Shown in pieces: positions 26,282-34,640 of a stretch of DNA of 52,634 nt. The notes beneath the pieces are model-generated. The model made no database searches. It was not told the DNA's origin and worked only from the letters and a program-made list of their open reading frames with translations. Origin of the DNA: an uncultured Candidatus Saccharibacteria bacterium. Its GTDB lineage: Bacteria; Patescibacteriota; WWE3; UBA101185; UBA10185. Within the stretch, counting starts at the first letter, position 1, and each line of letters opens with the position of its first letter. Location of the stretch: NCBI GenBank assembly GCA_964496005.1, contig CAZBWW010000004.1, forward strand, positions 1-52,634. Reading direction: 5' to 3'. A program made the position numbers and the translations under genes.

Positions 26282-26782
26282 GTGCTAGATAATTTTACAT
26301 TAAGTGCTATTACCGAATTTACAAACAGCTATTTTAAATCAGCAGAGTTTCTACTTAAAACATATAACATACCCCAAACAGAAATTGTTTGTGATCATTT
26401 AGGTTGTTTGTTCCATAATTCTGAGGAATTTGATGCGGTAACAAATATAATCAAAGTGTATAGCAGAGAAATTAAAAGTATAGAATTGCACAACAGGCGT
26501 GTAAAAGTATTCGAACTCAACGAACCGATAAACGGACTTTATTTACTTCCAAAGATCGAGATATTTGAACCTAAACCAAATGCTGACCCTAAGACTCTAA
26601 GATATGGTGTGGAACATATTAGTTTTTACATTCCGAATTGGGAAAACTTTATAAAAACCTATAAGGAGCGACTACCTATAGCAAAAGAGGGCTCCGTAAA
26701 CACCTCCATATTTATAAAAACTGAAATAATAAATACGATAGAAATTGAGTTTCGTAGCGACAGACTCGGAGAAGAAGATTAG
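26282..26782 (+). CDS. hypothetical protein, possibly VOC/YecM-like metal-binding fold
   Basis: 166 aa, GTG start with TGcTAAAAT 7 nt upstream. DHLG and VEHISF motifs are reminiscent of the glyoxalase fold. Weak call. Confidence 0.55.
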   Translation: MLDNFTLSAITEFTNSYFKSAEFLLKTYNIPQTEIVCDHLGCLFHNSEEFDAVTNIIKVYSREIKSIELHNRRVKVFELNEPINGLYLLPKIEIFEPKPNADPKTLRYGVEHISFYIPNWENFIKTYKERLPIAKEGSVNTSIFIKTEIINTIEIEFRSDRLGEED

Positions 26783-27251
26783 GTTATATAAACCTCGATT
26801 TATACGGCGCAGAAGTTCCAAACATCCTCTACAATGGCCCACCACTCTCTAACATAAGACTGCAACTTAATACACCCGGAAATTACATTTGATTTTGCAG
26901 GTAATTAGCTAGTACTGCCATTAACCATGCGTCAGAGATCCTGGGTTTTCACTACCCGCTTGCTTATTCCATTCCATCCTCGCTGGGTTGTTTTGTGAGG
27001 ATAATATACATATTCTTAAAAAAGTTTTTGATCATCTGTATATTGCTGCGAACCTTCTTTTATTTGTGAGTATACCTGGGTAGTATGAGAGACAAACACA
27101 CTAATGATAAGGTTTCGGTACAGTAAATAAAAAATTGGGCTTAAGTTTTTTTGTAACCACTATTTACGCATTAACTTTAAATAAACATGCGCTCTACATT
27201 TATCGTTGCTTTTACATTCTAGGTCTTCCCGCTTAGAATAAAAGAACAAAC

Positions 27252-28121
27252 ATGAACGTGACATACAAATCTGAAACAAAAATTGAACTAACTGCAGAAC
27301 AGGTGTCTAACATTTGGAACAAAATCTCACTTGGTGATCCTGTGGGCTTATCCCCGGTGTGGGAAAACAAGCAGGAAACTCTGCAAACTTTGTGGGAAGC
27401 GTTTGCGCAAGGTATAGATAAATATATCGAAAAATTCGAAATACCAACCGAAAAAAATGCGGGTGAGTCTATTAGAGAATTTATGCTAAGAGTACTGATG
27501 GAAATGCGACAAGCACGGCCGGGGATGCAAAACCCCTCTGAATGTGAAAACCCAAGGGTAGCTGTTGAACTTGGTGGCGGTGGTTATAACTGCGTTTTAG
27601 GCACACAAATACTTGCGCGGGTGTGCGAACGGGTAGGAATCGAAGTGTATTGCGGAGTACCTTATGGACACGCGGTAGCTGTTGTCCGTGAAGAAAATAA
27701 TGGGTATTTATTTGTGGACACAGCAAACGGAGATATTGCAACTTTACAGACATTTCGCAGCAATGCTGATGTCGGAAATATTACTATGCTAGTTATGGAT
27801 GAGATGCTATACGGCCGAGAACTCTCACCGTACGAACTTGTTCCCGTTATTACCGTGCAGCAAAGCGTGGCGCTAACCATAGCTAATTTGCAAATATATA
27901 CTGAAGAAACCAGTAAAAAAAGCGATTTTGCAGCAAAAGTAATAGATTATCTACAGTTGGCGGATAATGTACCTTATGGAAGCGCAAAAATTATGTTTAC
28001 ACCTGAATTAATTGAGCTTAGAGGAAAAAATAGATGGAAAGAAGAACGGGACGCAGTTACACGTAAGCGAGAATATTTACAAAAAACTTTAGTAGATAAT
28101 ATAGATAAAATAACAAATTAA
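27252..28121 (+). CDS. transglutaminase-like (papain-fold) cysteine protease superfamily protein
   Basis: The order C (GGYNCVLGTQILARV), H (YGHAVAVV), D (LFVDTANGD) matches the transglutaminase-core catalytic triad. 289 aa. Confidence 0.6.
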   Translation: MNVTYKSETKIELTAEQVSNIWNKISLGDPVGLSPVWENKQETLQTLWEAFAQGIDKYIEKFEIPTEKNAGESIREFMLRVLMEMRQARPGMQNPSECENPRVAVELGGGGYNCVLGTQILARVCERVGIEVYCGVPYGHAVAVVREENNGYLFVDTANGDIATLQTFRSNADVGNITMLVMDEMLYGRELSPYELVPVITVQQSVALTIANLQIYTEETSKKSDFAAKVIDYLQLADNVPYGSAKIMFTPELIELRGKNRWKEERDAVTRKREYLQKTLVDNIDKITN

Positions 28122-28257
28122 AAAGACAAGTGAAATAAAACTATTTGAGTAAACCGTGGTATAATAACTAAGTTTTTGTTGGAACAGTAGGTTAGGGTCG
28201 GTACTTGTTATCCCATTATTCATTAAGTATTTTCCCTAAAAATCTATAATTAATAAA

Positions 28258-29448
28258 ATGTATTACAAAACTTGGGCTAGCCACCGTTCGCCAAGAAGAA
28301 ACGGTGCAAAAAACAATGCAAGGTCGTTTACTAACGGTCGGCCTAATCGTAACCTTGATCCAAGTATGTATATAAAAAAAGCAACTGCAAATACTACAGC
28401 TGAAAACTACTCCCCAATTAATACTTTTAGCGATTTTCATTTAACAACGGCTCTAAAAGCAAATATAGACTACAAAGGGTATAAAGTGCCTACACCTATT
28501 CAGGATCAGGCTATTTTACCCATATTGCAAGGACGAGACATTATAGGGTTGGCTTCTACCGGCACAGGAAAAACTGCAGCTTTTTTAATTCCGTTAATTC
28601 ATAAGCTATCGGTAGATTACACACAGAAAGTGCTAATAATTACACCGACCAGAGAATTGGCGACGCAAATTCGAGATGAATTCAGAGGGTTTGCCCACGG
28701 GATGAGACTTTATTCTACAAGCGTAATAGGTGGTGCAAGCAGTTACAAACAAATTAATGAGCTTAGAAAAGGTCCGCACGCGGTAATTGCCACTCCCGGT
28801 AGATTACGGGATTTAATTGACAGAAAAAAAATTAACTTAGGTGATTATAAAAATATTGTATTGGACGAAGTGGATTTAATGGTTGATATTGGCTTTATAA
28901 AAGATATAAGGTATTTCACCTCACTTTTGCCTACAGAGAGACAATCCTTGTTTTTTTCAGCAACTATTCCGCCTAAAATACAAGACATAGTAAAAACTTT
29001 TGTTACCAACCCGGTAACAATTACGGTTAAAAAACTGGAATCTTTAGAAAATATTGACCAAGATGTGGTTCGGGTTTCTAAGCCGGCGGAAAAAATTGAA
29101 AAACTGCACGATTTATTAATTCGGGATGGGTTTGATAAAGTTTTAATTTTTGGACGGACAAGACATGGCATGGATAAACTGCACAAGGAACTGGAACTAA
29201 GAGGTTTTAAAGTCGGAGTTATTCACGGGAGTAAGACTCAAGGATATAGACAAAGAGCGTTAAGAGACTTCAAGGAAAATAGGTTTAAAATATTGCTTGC
29301 CACAGATGTGGCCTCGCGTGGACTAGATATTCCAAATGTTACACATGTTATAAACTATGAATTACCTGAAACTTACAACGACTATATTCACCGCATAGGC
29401 AGAACAGGTAGAGCCAATAAACCGGGCACCGCGTTAACTTTTTGTTAA
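28258..29448 (+). CDS. DEAD-box ATP-dependent RNA helicase (motif II = DEVD)
   Basis: Q motif (FSDF...PTPIQ), ASTGTGKT, PTRELA, DEVD, SAT, HRIGRTGR. TATAAT lies 7 nt upstream of the ATG. Arg-rich N-terminal extension of about 55 aa. Confidence 0.9.
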   Translation: MYYKTWASHRSPRRNGAKNNARSFTNGRPNRNLDPSMYIKKATANTTAENYSPINTFSDFHLTTALKANIDYKGYKVPTPIQDQAILPILQGRDIIGLASTGTGKTAAFLIPLIHKLSVDYTQKVLIITPTRELATQIRDEFRGFAHGMRLYSTSVIGGASSYKQINELRKGPHAVIATPGRLRDLIDRKKINLGDYKNIVLDEVDLMVDIGFIKDIRYFTSLLPTERQSLFFSATIPPKIQDIVKTFVTNPVTITVKKLESLENIDQDVVRVSKPAEKIEKLHDLLIRDGFDKVLIFGRTRHGMDKLHKELELRGFKVGVIHGSKTQGYRQRALRDFKENRFKILLATDVASRGLDIPNVTHVINYELPETYNDYIHRIGRTGRANKPGTALTFC

Positions 29449-29651
29449 TTATTTTAAATTATAGCCGGGATGACGGCAGTAATTCTAGTATCAACTATTA
29501 CCAGCTTACACAGGTAATATGCTGAAATTTCTTTACGTTGCAAAGCCAAATATAGTTGGGTAAACTTCATCCACTAGCTAACGCTAGTAGTTTTAAGTAA
29601 AGAAATTATAATATCGTCGGTTTGTTGTTATAGTTATTTTTTAGCAACCAT

Positions 29652-29742
29652 GGAGGAGTACCGAAGTGGTCATAACGGGCTGGTCTCGAAAACCAAGCGT
29701 GGCGAAAGCCACCCGTGGGTTCGAATCCCACCTCCTCCGCCA
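29652..29742 (+). tRNA. tRNA-Ser (anticodon CGA), encoded CCA
   Basis: Acceptor GGAGGAG/CTCCTCC, loop CTCGAAA, long variable arm, T-loop TTCGAAT, and a 27:43 C-A mismatch. Confidence 0.85.
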
Positions 29743-29753
29743 GTTGGAAAAAC

Positions 29754-30641
29754 TTACTCAGAAGTACCAAGGGCTTCTTTTGTCTTCCGCTCTATAATAT
29801 CCGCATACTCAGCCGGAATTTGCAATTCGTTCATTCCGCCTCCTTCCATAAGAGAATGTAACATACAAAAACCATACGTATCTATAGGCTCTTCAGTACT
29901 TCCGCCAAGATCGCTTGTAACTTCATGTAAACTTTTGGTTAATTGCCCACACACATTTAACCCAATAGTTGCCGGTCTTTGCCGCATCATGTGCTCTAAT
30001 TCTCTTCGAAGTGTATCTACAGCTTCCTGTCTACTTTTAAACCGGTTTGCTAGAACTGCGTTTATTCTAAGCATTTCGGATTCTTTAGGCTTAAAGGGTA
30101 TTTCCGAGGGCGTCGCCTTAGTACCCAGTACTTTCTTTAACATACTTTTTACTCTTTCGCCCGGTCCCCAAACTACCAAGTCTTCGGCGTAAGCACCAGC
30201 TGCCTTAACCGCAGTATCATGAATGTGCCTTTCTAAAAGGCTATTTAAAGTATTTACGCCGGTCAATAGCTGAAATCTACCGTCTTCAGTAAGATACGCA
30301 TGGCGGGTAGAAGCCATTTCCGGAGTTGTACGATCCCAATCTACTAGAGCCGGAAACCCACGTTCTTCGAGTGATGCTATCTCAATTTGTCTTGTTCCAA
30401 CTGCATTAAGAGCGGAATTTAGCATAACAGATGATCCCAGTACGTTCATGTACGCTGCTGAACCCGGCCGGCTCTCATTTGCAAAATGTTCCGTGATTTC
30501 GTTAACAACCTCCGCCGGACTAGTTACGGATTCCAGGTTAGCAAACATAGCAATATCGGACTCGGTCACAGACGCGGGTGTTCCTGCCAGACTTTCAAGC
30601 AAATTTTTTTGTCCATCACTTAAAGTCATTCCTTCTAACAT
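29754..30641 (-). CDS. hypothetical protein (orphan, moderately G+C-richer)
   Basis: 295-aa ORF ending 12 nt from tRNA-Ser. TATAAT lies exactly 6 nt upstream of the ATG. No motif I recognise. Confidence 0.7.
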   Translation of the reverse strand: MLEGMTLSDGQKNLLESLAGTPASVTESDIAMFANLESVTSPAEVVNEITEHFANESRPGSAAYMNVLGSSVMLNSALNAVGTRQIEIASLEERGFPALVDWDRTTPEMASTRHAYLTEDGRFQLLTGVNTLNSLLERHIHDTAVKAAGAYAEDLVVWGPGERVKSMLKKVLGTKATPSEIPFKPKESEMLRINAVLANRFKSRQEAVDTLRRELEHMMRQRPATIGLNVCGQLTKSLHEVTSDLGGSTEEPIDTYGFCMLHSLMEGGGMNELQIPAEYADIIERKTKEALGTSE

Positions 30642-30767
30642 ATAATAATTATAACTGTAAACAGATGATTTAGGGTCGTAATAAAAAATTGAATTTCAAA
30701 ATCTTAGGAGTAACTTGTTCGAATTTTTTTGAATAGCCGTCGGCGATAAGCAAATTAAAAATAATAA

Positions 30768-31085
30768 CTACGTAAACATCATAATTCCACGCACAAGCGC
30801 CTGCACTAACATAATTGCAAAAACTATAAAGGAAAGTGAAAATAAGGCTTGAGAGATAATAAAAGTAACTTTTTTTGCTTTAACGACTTTCGCATTTAAA
30901 ATATACGAAGCTATGACAACTAGCAAAATAGCTATAACAAAACCTACAATGAAAAACGGTGTCGGAGTATTAAAAATTTTTTTTACAGCATCACCAATCG
31001 TTTCTAGTATTCCAAAGTAGTAGAAAAGAATTACAACTAACCAGTCAAATGTAAATAACGATAAACCTTTTATAATCTCCTTCAC
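30768..31085 (-). CDS. small membrane protein
   Basis: 105 aa, 3 TM, GTG start with TATACT 6 nt upstream. Confidence 0.6.
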   Translation of the reverse strand: MKEIIKGLSLFTFDWLVVILFYYFGILETIGDAVKKIFNTPTPFFIVGFVIAILLVVIASYILNAKVVKAKKVTFIISQALFSLSFIVFAIMLVQALVRGIMMFT

Positions 31086-31091
31086 AATTAA

Positions 31092-31101
31092 AGTATATAA
31101 T
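31092..31101. promoter_or_regulatory. two overlapping -10 boxes serving divergent genes 22 nt apart
   Basis: Minus-strand TATACT (31092-31097) is 6 nt from GTG 31085. Plus-strand TATAAT (31096-31101) is 6 nt from GTG 31108. Confidence 0.55.
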
Positions 31102-31107
31102 AAATAA

Positions 31108-31461
31108 GTGAAACATAAAATCTTAGGCGTGTGCCAAATACTTCTTGGTTTGTTACAAATTGCTGTACCCTACGCTCAATTAACTTTTACCGGAAAAAAA
31201 ATACTGGAGATGTACGAAAGTTTTGGCGCACCTCCTCCAAGCTATACTGCTGTGTATGTGCTTGCCGGACTGCTAGTTGCTATGGGAGTAATTAATGTGA
31301 TTTGGGGACTGTATCTACTTATAACAAAAAATAGTTCAGATAAGCTTTTTATGATGTCTGTTGGGTATGCCGTAATGTCTTTTATTATTGGCGGTATACT
31401 TATCGCTGCTTTGGTAATGGCACTTCTTTATCCAATGTATAATATTTCCTCGGTTATGTAA
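31108..31461 (+). CDS. small membrane protein
   Basis: 117 aa, 4 TM, GTG start. Confidence 0.6.
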   Translation: MKHKILGVCQILLGLLQIAVPYAQLTFTGKKILEMYESFGAPPPSYTAVYVLAGLLVAMGVINVIWGLYLLITKNSSDKLFMMSVGYAVMSFIIGGILIAALVMALLYPMYNISSVM

Positions 31462-31555
31462 CGCGTGCTGCAACAAAACTACGTATTTTCGCTTTTGCAA
31501 AAAAAATTATAAAACTGCCGAAAATGATATAGTAAACACCTAGGAGGTGATGTTT

Positions 31556-31879
31556 ATGTTAAAACCACTTAAACCACTGGATGGTTTTATAACTTTTGTC
31601 CGAGAACAAGGTGTTGTTGGGCTAGCCGTAGGGTTTATTTTGGGTGGGTCGGTAACTTTGGTAGTAAATTCACTGGTACGGGATATTATTGATCCTATTT
31701 TAGGTATTATTTTAGGTGCAGCCGGAAATTTGTCGGATGCGGTTATTGTCGTCGGAGGGGCAACTATTAGATACGGTAGTTTTTTAAATGTATGTATAGA
31801 TTTTTTGGTAATTGCCGCAGTTGTGTACTTTGGCGTAACTAAGTTGGGCTTAGATAAGTTAGATAAGAAAAAACAGTAA
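31556..31879 (+). CDS. mscL: large-conductance mechanosensitive channel
   Basis: Signature FVREQGVVGLAVGFILGGSVTLVVNSLVRDIIDPILG. AGGAGG lies 8 nt upstream of ATG 31556. In-frame alternative starts at 31547 and 31550. Confidence 0.9.
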   Translation: MLKPLKPLDGFITFVREQGVVGLAVGFILGGSVTLVVNSLVRDIIDPILGIILGAAGNLSDAVIVVGGATIRYGSFLNVCIDFLVIAAVVYFGVTKLGLDKLDKKKQ

Positions 31880-31973
31880 AATGGGTGTTTTTTGAAAATG
31901 TGCTTACATTTGATAGAGGTGGGATTTTAGTGGTTTGAAGTGCAAGCTAGACCTACACATTAAGCCACATTTT

Positions 31974-32063
31974 GGAGGGATGCGAGAGTGGACGAATCGG
32001 CTCGCCTGGAAAGCGACGCGCTGCGAAAGCGGCACGGGGGTTCGAATCCCCCTCCCTCCGCCA
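31974..32063 (+). tRNA. tRNA-Ser (anticodon GGA), encoded CCA
   Basis: Acceptor GGAGGGA/TCCCTCC, loop CTGGAAA, long variable arm, T-stem GGGGG/CCCCC. Confidence 0.85.
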
Positions 32064-32118
32064 AATACGAAAATCATTGTTTCTTTGGCCCTGATACCGG
32101 AAGTGCTATTATGTATTT

Positions 32119-32340
32119 ATGGTTTTTAAACCAGGTATCTATCAACACTATAAGGGTAACAAGTATTTAGCCATTGGGGTAGCAAAACACAGTGAAACAC
32201 TTGAGGAATTAGTATGCTACATCCCATTGTACGATAATAAAGAAAGTAAGATTTGGGTACGTCCCCTTGCCATGTTTATTGAAAAGATAGAAATCAGCGG
32301 TGTTAAAAAACCTAGATTTACATTCATAAGCAATTACTAA
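32119..32340 (+). CDS. DUF1653-family protein
   Basis: 73 aa. The pattern KPGIYQHYKGNKYLAIGVAKHSETLEELVCY matches my memory of DUF1653. TGcTATTAT lies 6 nt upstream of the ATG. Confidence 0.75.
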   Translation: MVFKPGIYQHYKGNKYLAIGVAKHSETLEELVCYIPLYDNKESKIWVRPLAMFIEKIEISGVKKPRFTFISNY

Positions 32341-32410
32341 ACCCGCCAGGTAATTTATACTCTGGAAAAGATAGTACCCCCGACAACATACTATCAAGTT
32401 ATACGGTTGT

Positions 32411-32926
32411 TTATTCTTGTTTGATTAAGTGTGCTACTAATACGATCTTGTCGCCCTCAGACATATGCATACTGTATTTTTCGTAGTAGTCATCTGATGA
32501 AGCTGCGAACCATGCGTGATTTTCTCCAGCTTCGAACCTTTCAACCAAAAAAACTACAGGAAACTCAATAACAGCACTACCTTCGGATGCAATTAGCTGT
32601 ACATTTTCCCTATTAATAAAGTTTAACCCTTCTAAAATTCTCTTGGTCTCTTCTGTACATAAAAATGAATCTGATACTATGTCATGTTCTTTTAATTTTG
32701 ACATAAGCATTTGCAAGGAAATTTTTAACCAACCTCCTTTTTCTTCTGTTAGGCCCGTAACTGCTTTGTAAAGCTTTACCCTTTTAGTTCTCTCTTCCTG
32801 AAATGCTTCTCTATCTTCTAGAGTAAGTGGCATCCGATTAAAATGAATATTTGCTTCCTGTACCGCATAAAACACACAATGATCGCCGTACTCGTATGGA
32901 ACTGCCCCTACTATTTCTAGACTCAT
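32411..32926 (-). CDS. hypothetical protein
   Basis: 171 aa from ATG 32926, with TATAAT exactly 6 nt upstream. The track ORF extends to 32974. Confidence 0.65.
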   Translation of the reverse strand: MSLEIVGAVPYEYGDHCVFYAVQEANIHFNRMPLTLEDREAFQEERTKRVKLYKAVTGLTEEKGGWLKISLQMLMSKLKEHDIVSDSFLCTEETKRILEGLNFINRENVQLIASEGSAVIEFPVVFLVERFEAGENHAWFAASSDDYYEKYSMHMSEGDKIVLVAHLIKQE

Positions 32927-33059
32927 AAAGTTATTATAATATTTAAGTGTCGTTTTGAAAAAAAATACAAGCATTTCCCGCGTGCCAAAATATTTTAAAT
33001 CATAAATTTATCCAATGACAGCTCGCTTCTTAAAAATAGAAATCTGTTAAAATTTAACT

Positions 33060-33854
33060 ATGACAAGCGTAGAATCCTTTACGGACTACACTACTGAAGA
33101 AATAGATAGAATGAAAAACTGGGGAGGGGTAGAAATTGGAGTGCAAAAAGACAGTAAAAGTGGACTTACACGTCCGGAATTTACCTTTGATGATTATGCT
33201 GAAATCGGAAGGCCAAAAAATAAAGAAGAAGCTCTGCACATGCTAGTAGAAAATTATGGTGTTACAGGAGACCTCGACCTGCTGGATCAGGAACAGTTAA
33301 ATATAATTATTAGAGACCTTCAATATGACTACATACCATCAGAAAAAGTATATAGAAGGCTTGGGCTTGAAATGGGACCTTATACTTACGCTGAGCGGGT
33401 TGCAATGCGAGAGGCATTAATTAACTTTGGTAGAGATGTTTTTACCGAATTAGAAAATAACGGGCACAGCATGGCGGGAGTCGTGCTATTAGGTTCGTGG
33501 ATGCAAGTAAAAATGGGTGTATCGGAGCACTCCGATGTTGATGTTTTTTTTATACCGGAAAAAAGAAATGGACAAATAGAAGCGCAGGCAATCGTAACAG
33601 AAGCGGAAAAATTATATCGTTCAAGACAGGCACAGCTTCCCCCAACAGAAAAATTGGAATTTAGAGAAACAGATTTTCTGACAAAAGAGTGGGCTGAAAA
33701 CACCAGGCTTCCTGAAAGAAGCGTTTTGTATTCCGAAAAATTGACTGCAAGCTCAGTAGTTATAGTAAAAGATGTGGAATGCGCACAACTATTGGATAAG
33801 GTCATGGGAATAACTAAAAAAGGAGCACAAATAATTGTACTGGATGAGATTTAG
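33060..33854 (+). CDS. nucleotidyltransferase-fold (Pol-beta superfamily) domain protein
   Basis: 264 aa. LLGSWMQVKMGVSEHSDVDVFF fits hG[GS]x9-13Dh[DE]h. TGtTAAAAT lies 6 nt upstream of the ATG. Confidence 0.65.
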   Translation: MTSVESFTDYTTEEIDRMKNWGGVEIGVQKDSKSGLTRPEFTFDDYAEIGRPKNKEEALHMLVENYGVTGDLDLLDQEQLNIIIRDLQYDYIPSEKVYRRLGLEMGPYTYAERVAMREALINFGRDVFTELENNGHSMAGVVLLGSWMQVKMGVSEHSDVDVFFIPEKRNGQIEAQAIVTEAEKLYRSRQAQLPPTEKLEFRETDFLTKEWAENTRLPERSVLYSEKLTASSVVIVKDVECAQLLDKVMGITKKGAQIIVLDEI

Positions 33855-33933
33855 CTTAGCTCCGGGAAAAAACACTATCTTCCCACCTAATTCGAAAAAT
33901 CTTCATAAGAAAAATAATATCTGTATACATTAG

Positions 33934-33961
33934 TTGCGAAGTGTGACCTATAGTGTATAAT
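33934..33961 (+). promoter_or_regulatory. sigma70-type promoter TTGCGA-16 nt-TATAAT for 34020..34622
   Basis: Counted directly. It would give a leader of about 55 nt ending in SD AAGGAG. Confidence 0.5.
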
Positions 33962-34019
33962 ATCTTGAAAATTGTTTTGACTAAGAAATTGGGCACAAAA
34001 AAAGATAAGGAGATTAGGG

Positions 34020-34622
34020 ATGTCACCTCCGTTTATAGCGGTTTTTGGAACAGTGGGCTGTTGTGCACTCGCCATACTGCTTCTGGCAGCGTTTTTGATA
34101 GCGCGGATAATCAAGAGGAAACCCGCAGTTACTACAACTACTGCACCCGTAACACCAACTACGGCCACTGCTGTCGTTGTAATGCCCGCACCAGTAACTG
34201 CTACTGCACCAACCACAATGCCGGCACCAGCCACCGCGGTACCCGCCACAACCCGTGGAGGCGGATGCCTGGGGACAATAATCGGAATTTTTAGCCTTCT
34301 GGCTAAGATTCTAGGCACAATGCTTGTCCTGTGCGGGTTTGGAGCTCTGACATATTGGTCAGCATCGCTTTTCGGTTATGCTGTATCCAATATATATGGA
34401 AAAGAAATCACAGAGGTCCTAATAATACCGGCTTTGGTGGGGGGTCTGATCATAACACTACCTATGTTCATCGTGAACTTACGTACGAGTATAGGTATTG
34501 TTTTTAACAGACCACACCTGAGAAAAACGGAATGGAAAACCAGGTTGCTAACTTTTCTGTTAGCAGTTCTCGGCATGACATGCTTTTTTCTCGCGATTAA
34601 TACGCTGATCATCGCCTATTAA
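34020..34622 (+). CDS. membrane protein with Thr/Ala/Pro-rich linker
   Basis: 200 aa: N-terminal TM, a T/A/P-rich segment, then about 4 TM. SD AAGGAG lies 7 nt upstream. G+C-rich. The antisense ORF 33887..34318 is judged an artefact. Confidence 0.65.
   Translation: MSPPFIAVFGTVGCCALAILLLAAFLIARIIKRKPAVTTTTAPVTPTTATAVVVMPAPVTATAPTTMPAPATAVPATTRGGGCLGTIIGIFSLLAKILGTMLVLCGFGALTYWSASLFGYAVSNIYGKEITEVLIIPALVGGLIITLPMFIVNLRTSIGIVFNRPHLRKTEWKTRLLTFLLAVLGMTCFFLAINTLIIAY
34182..34253 (+). repeat. imperfect tandem duplication of 36 nt (MPAPVTATAPTT / MPAPATAVPATT)
   Basis: Read from the translation and DNA of 34020..34622. Confidence 0.7.
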
Positions 34623-34640
34623 CCCGCCCGTCCCCGCAGG

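Noticed and set aside
29650-30192. 180-aa plus-strand ORF
   Set aside because: It begins within tRNA-Ser(CGA) (the WVRIPPPP artefact). The rest is antisense to the 295-aa gene, which has a proper promoter and start context.
31935-32170. Two short plus-strand ORFs (64 and 60 aa)
   Set aside because: Both are read through tRNA-Ser(GGA) (GVRIPLPP / GGSNPPPS artefacts).
17547-33955. Motif CC(C/T)ATAGTG at 17547-17555, 17985-17993 and 33947-33955, near promoters of G+C-rich genes. Its complement CACTATAGG resembles the T7/SP6 promoter core.
   Set aside because: Its position relative to the -35/-10 boxes differs between sites: upstream of -35 in two, inside the spacer in one. A similar TATAGTGG also occurs at about 39295 in an unrelated spacer. 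A 9-mer recurrence is near chance expectation in about 105 kb of two-strand sequence. No single-subunit RNAP gene is present. The first two copies are explained by the promoter duplication.
33887-34318. 143-aa minus-strand ORF rich in G/A/V/T
   Set aside because: It is antisense to the T/A/P-rich repeat of 34020..34622 and runs through that gene's promoter. It has no start context. The plus-strand ORF has an SD and clear TM topology.
33060-34622. Reading the NTase plus multi-TM gene pair as a minimal CBASS-like defence system
   Set aside because: The NTase is short, with its GS...DxD motif in the middle of the protein. There is no recognisable cyclase C-terminal domain. The TM gene has its own promoter and a different composition. 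I kept it only as a low-priority profile-search suggestion.
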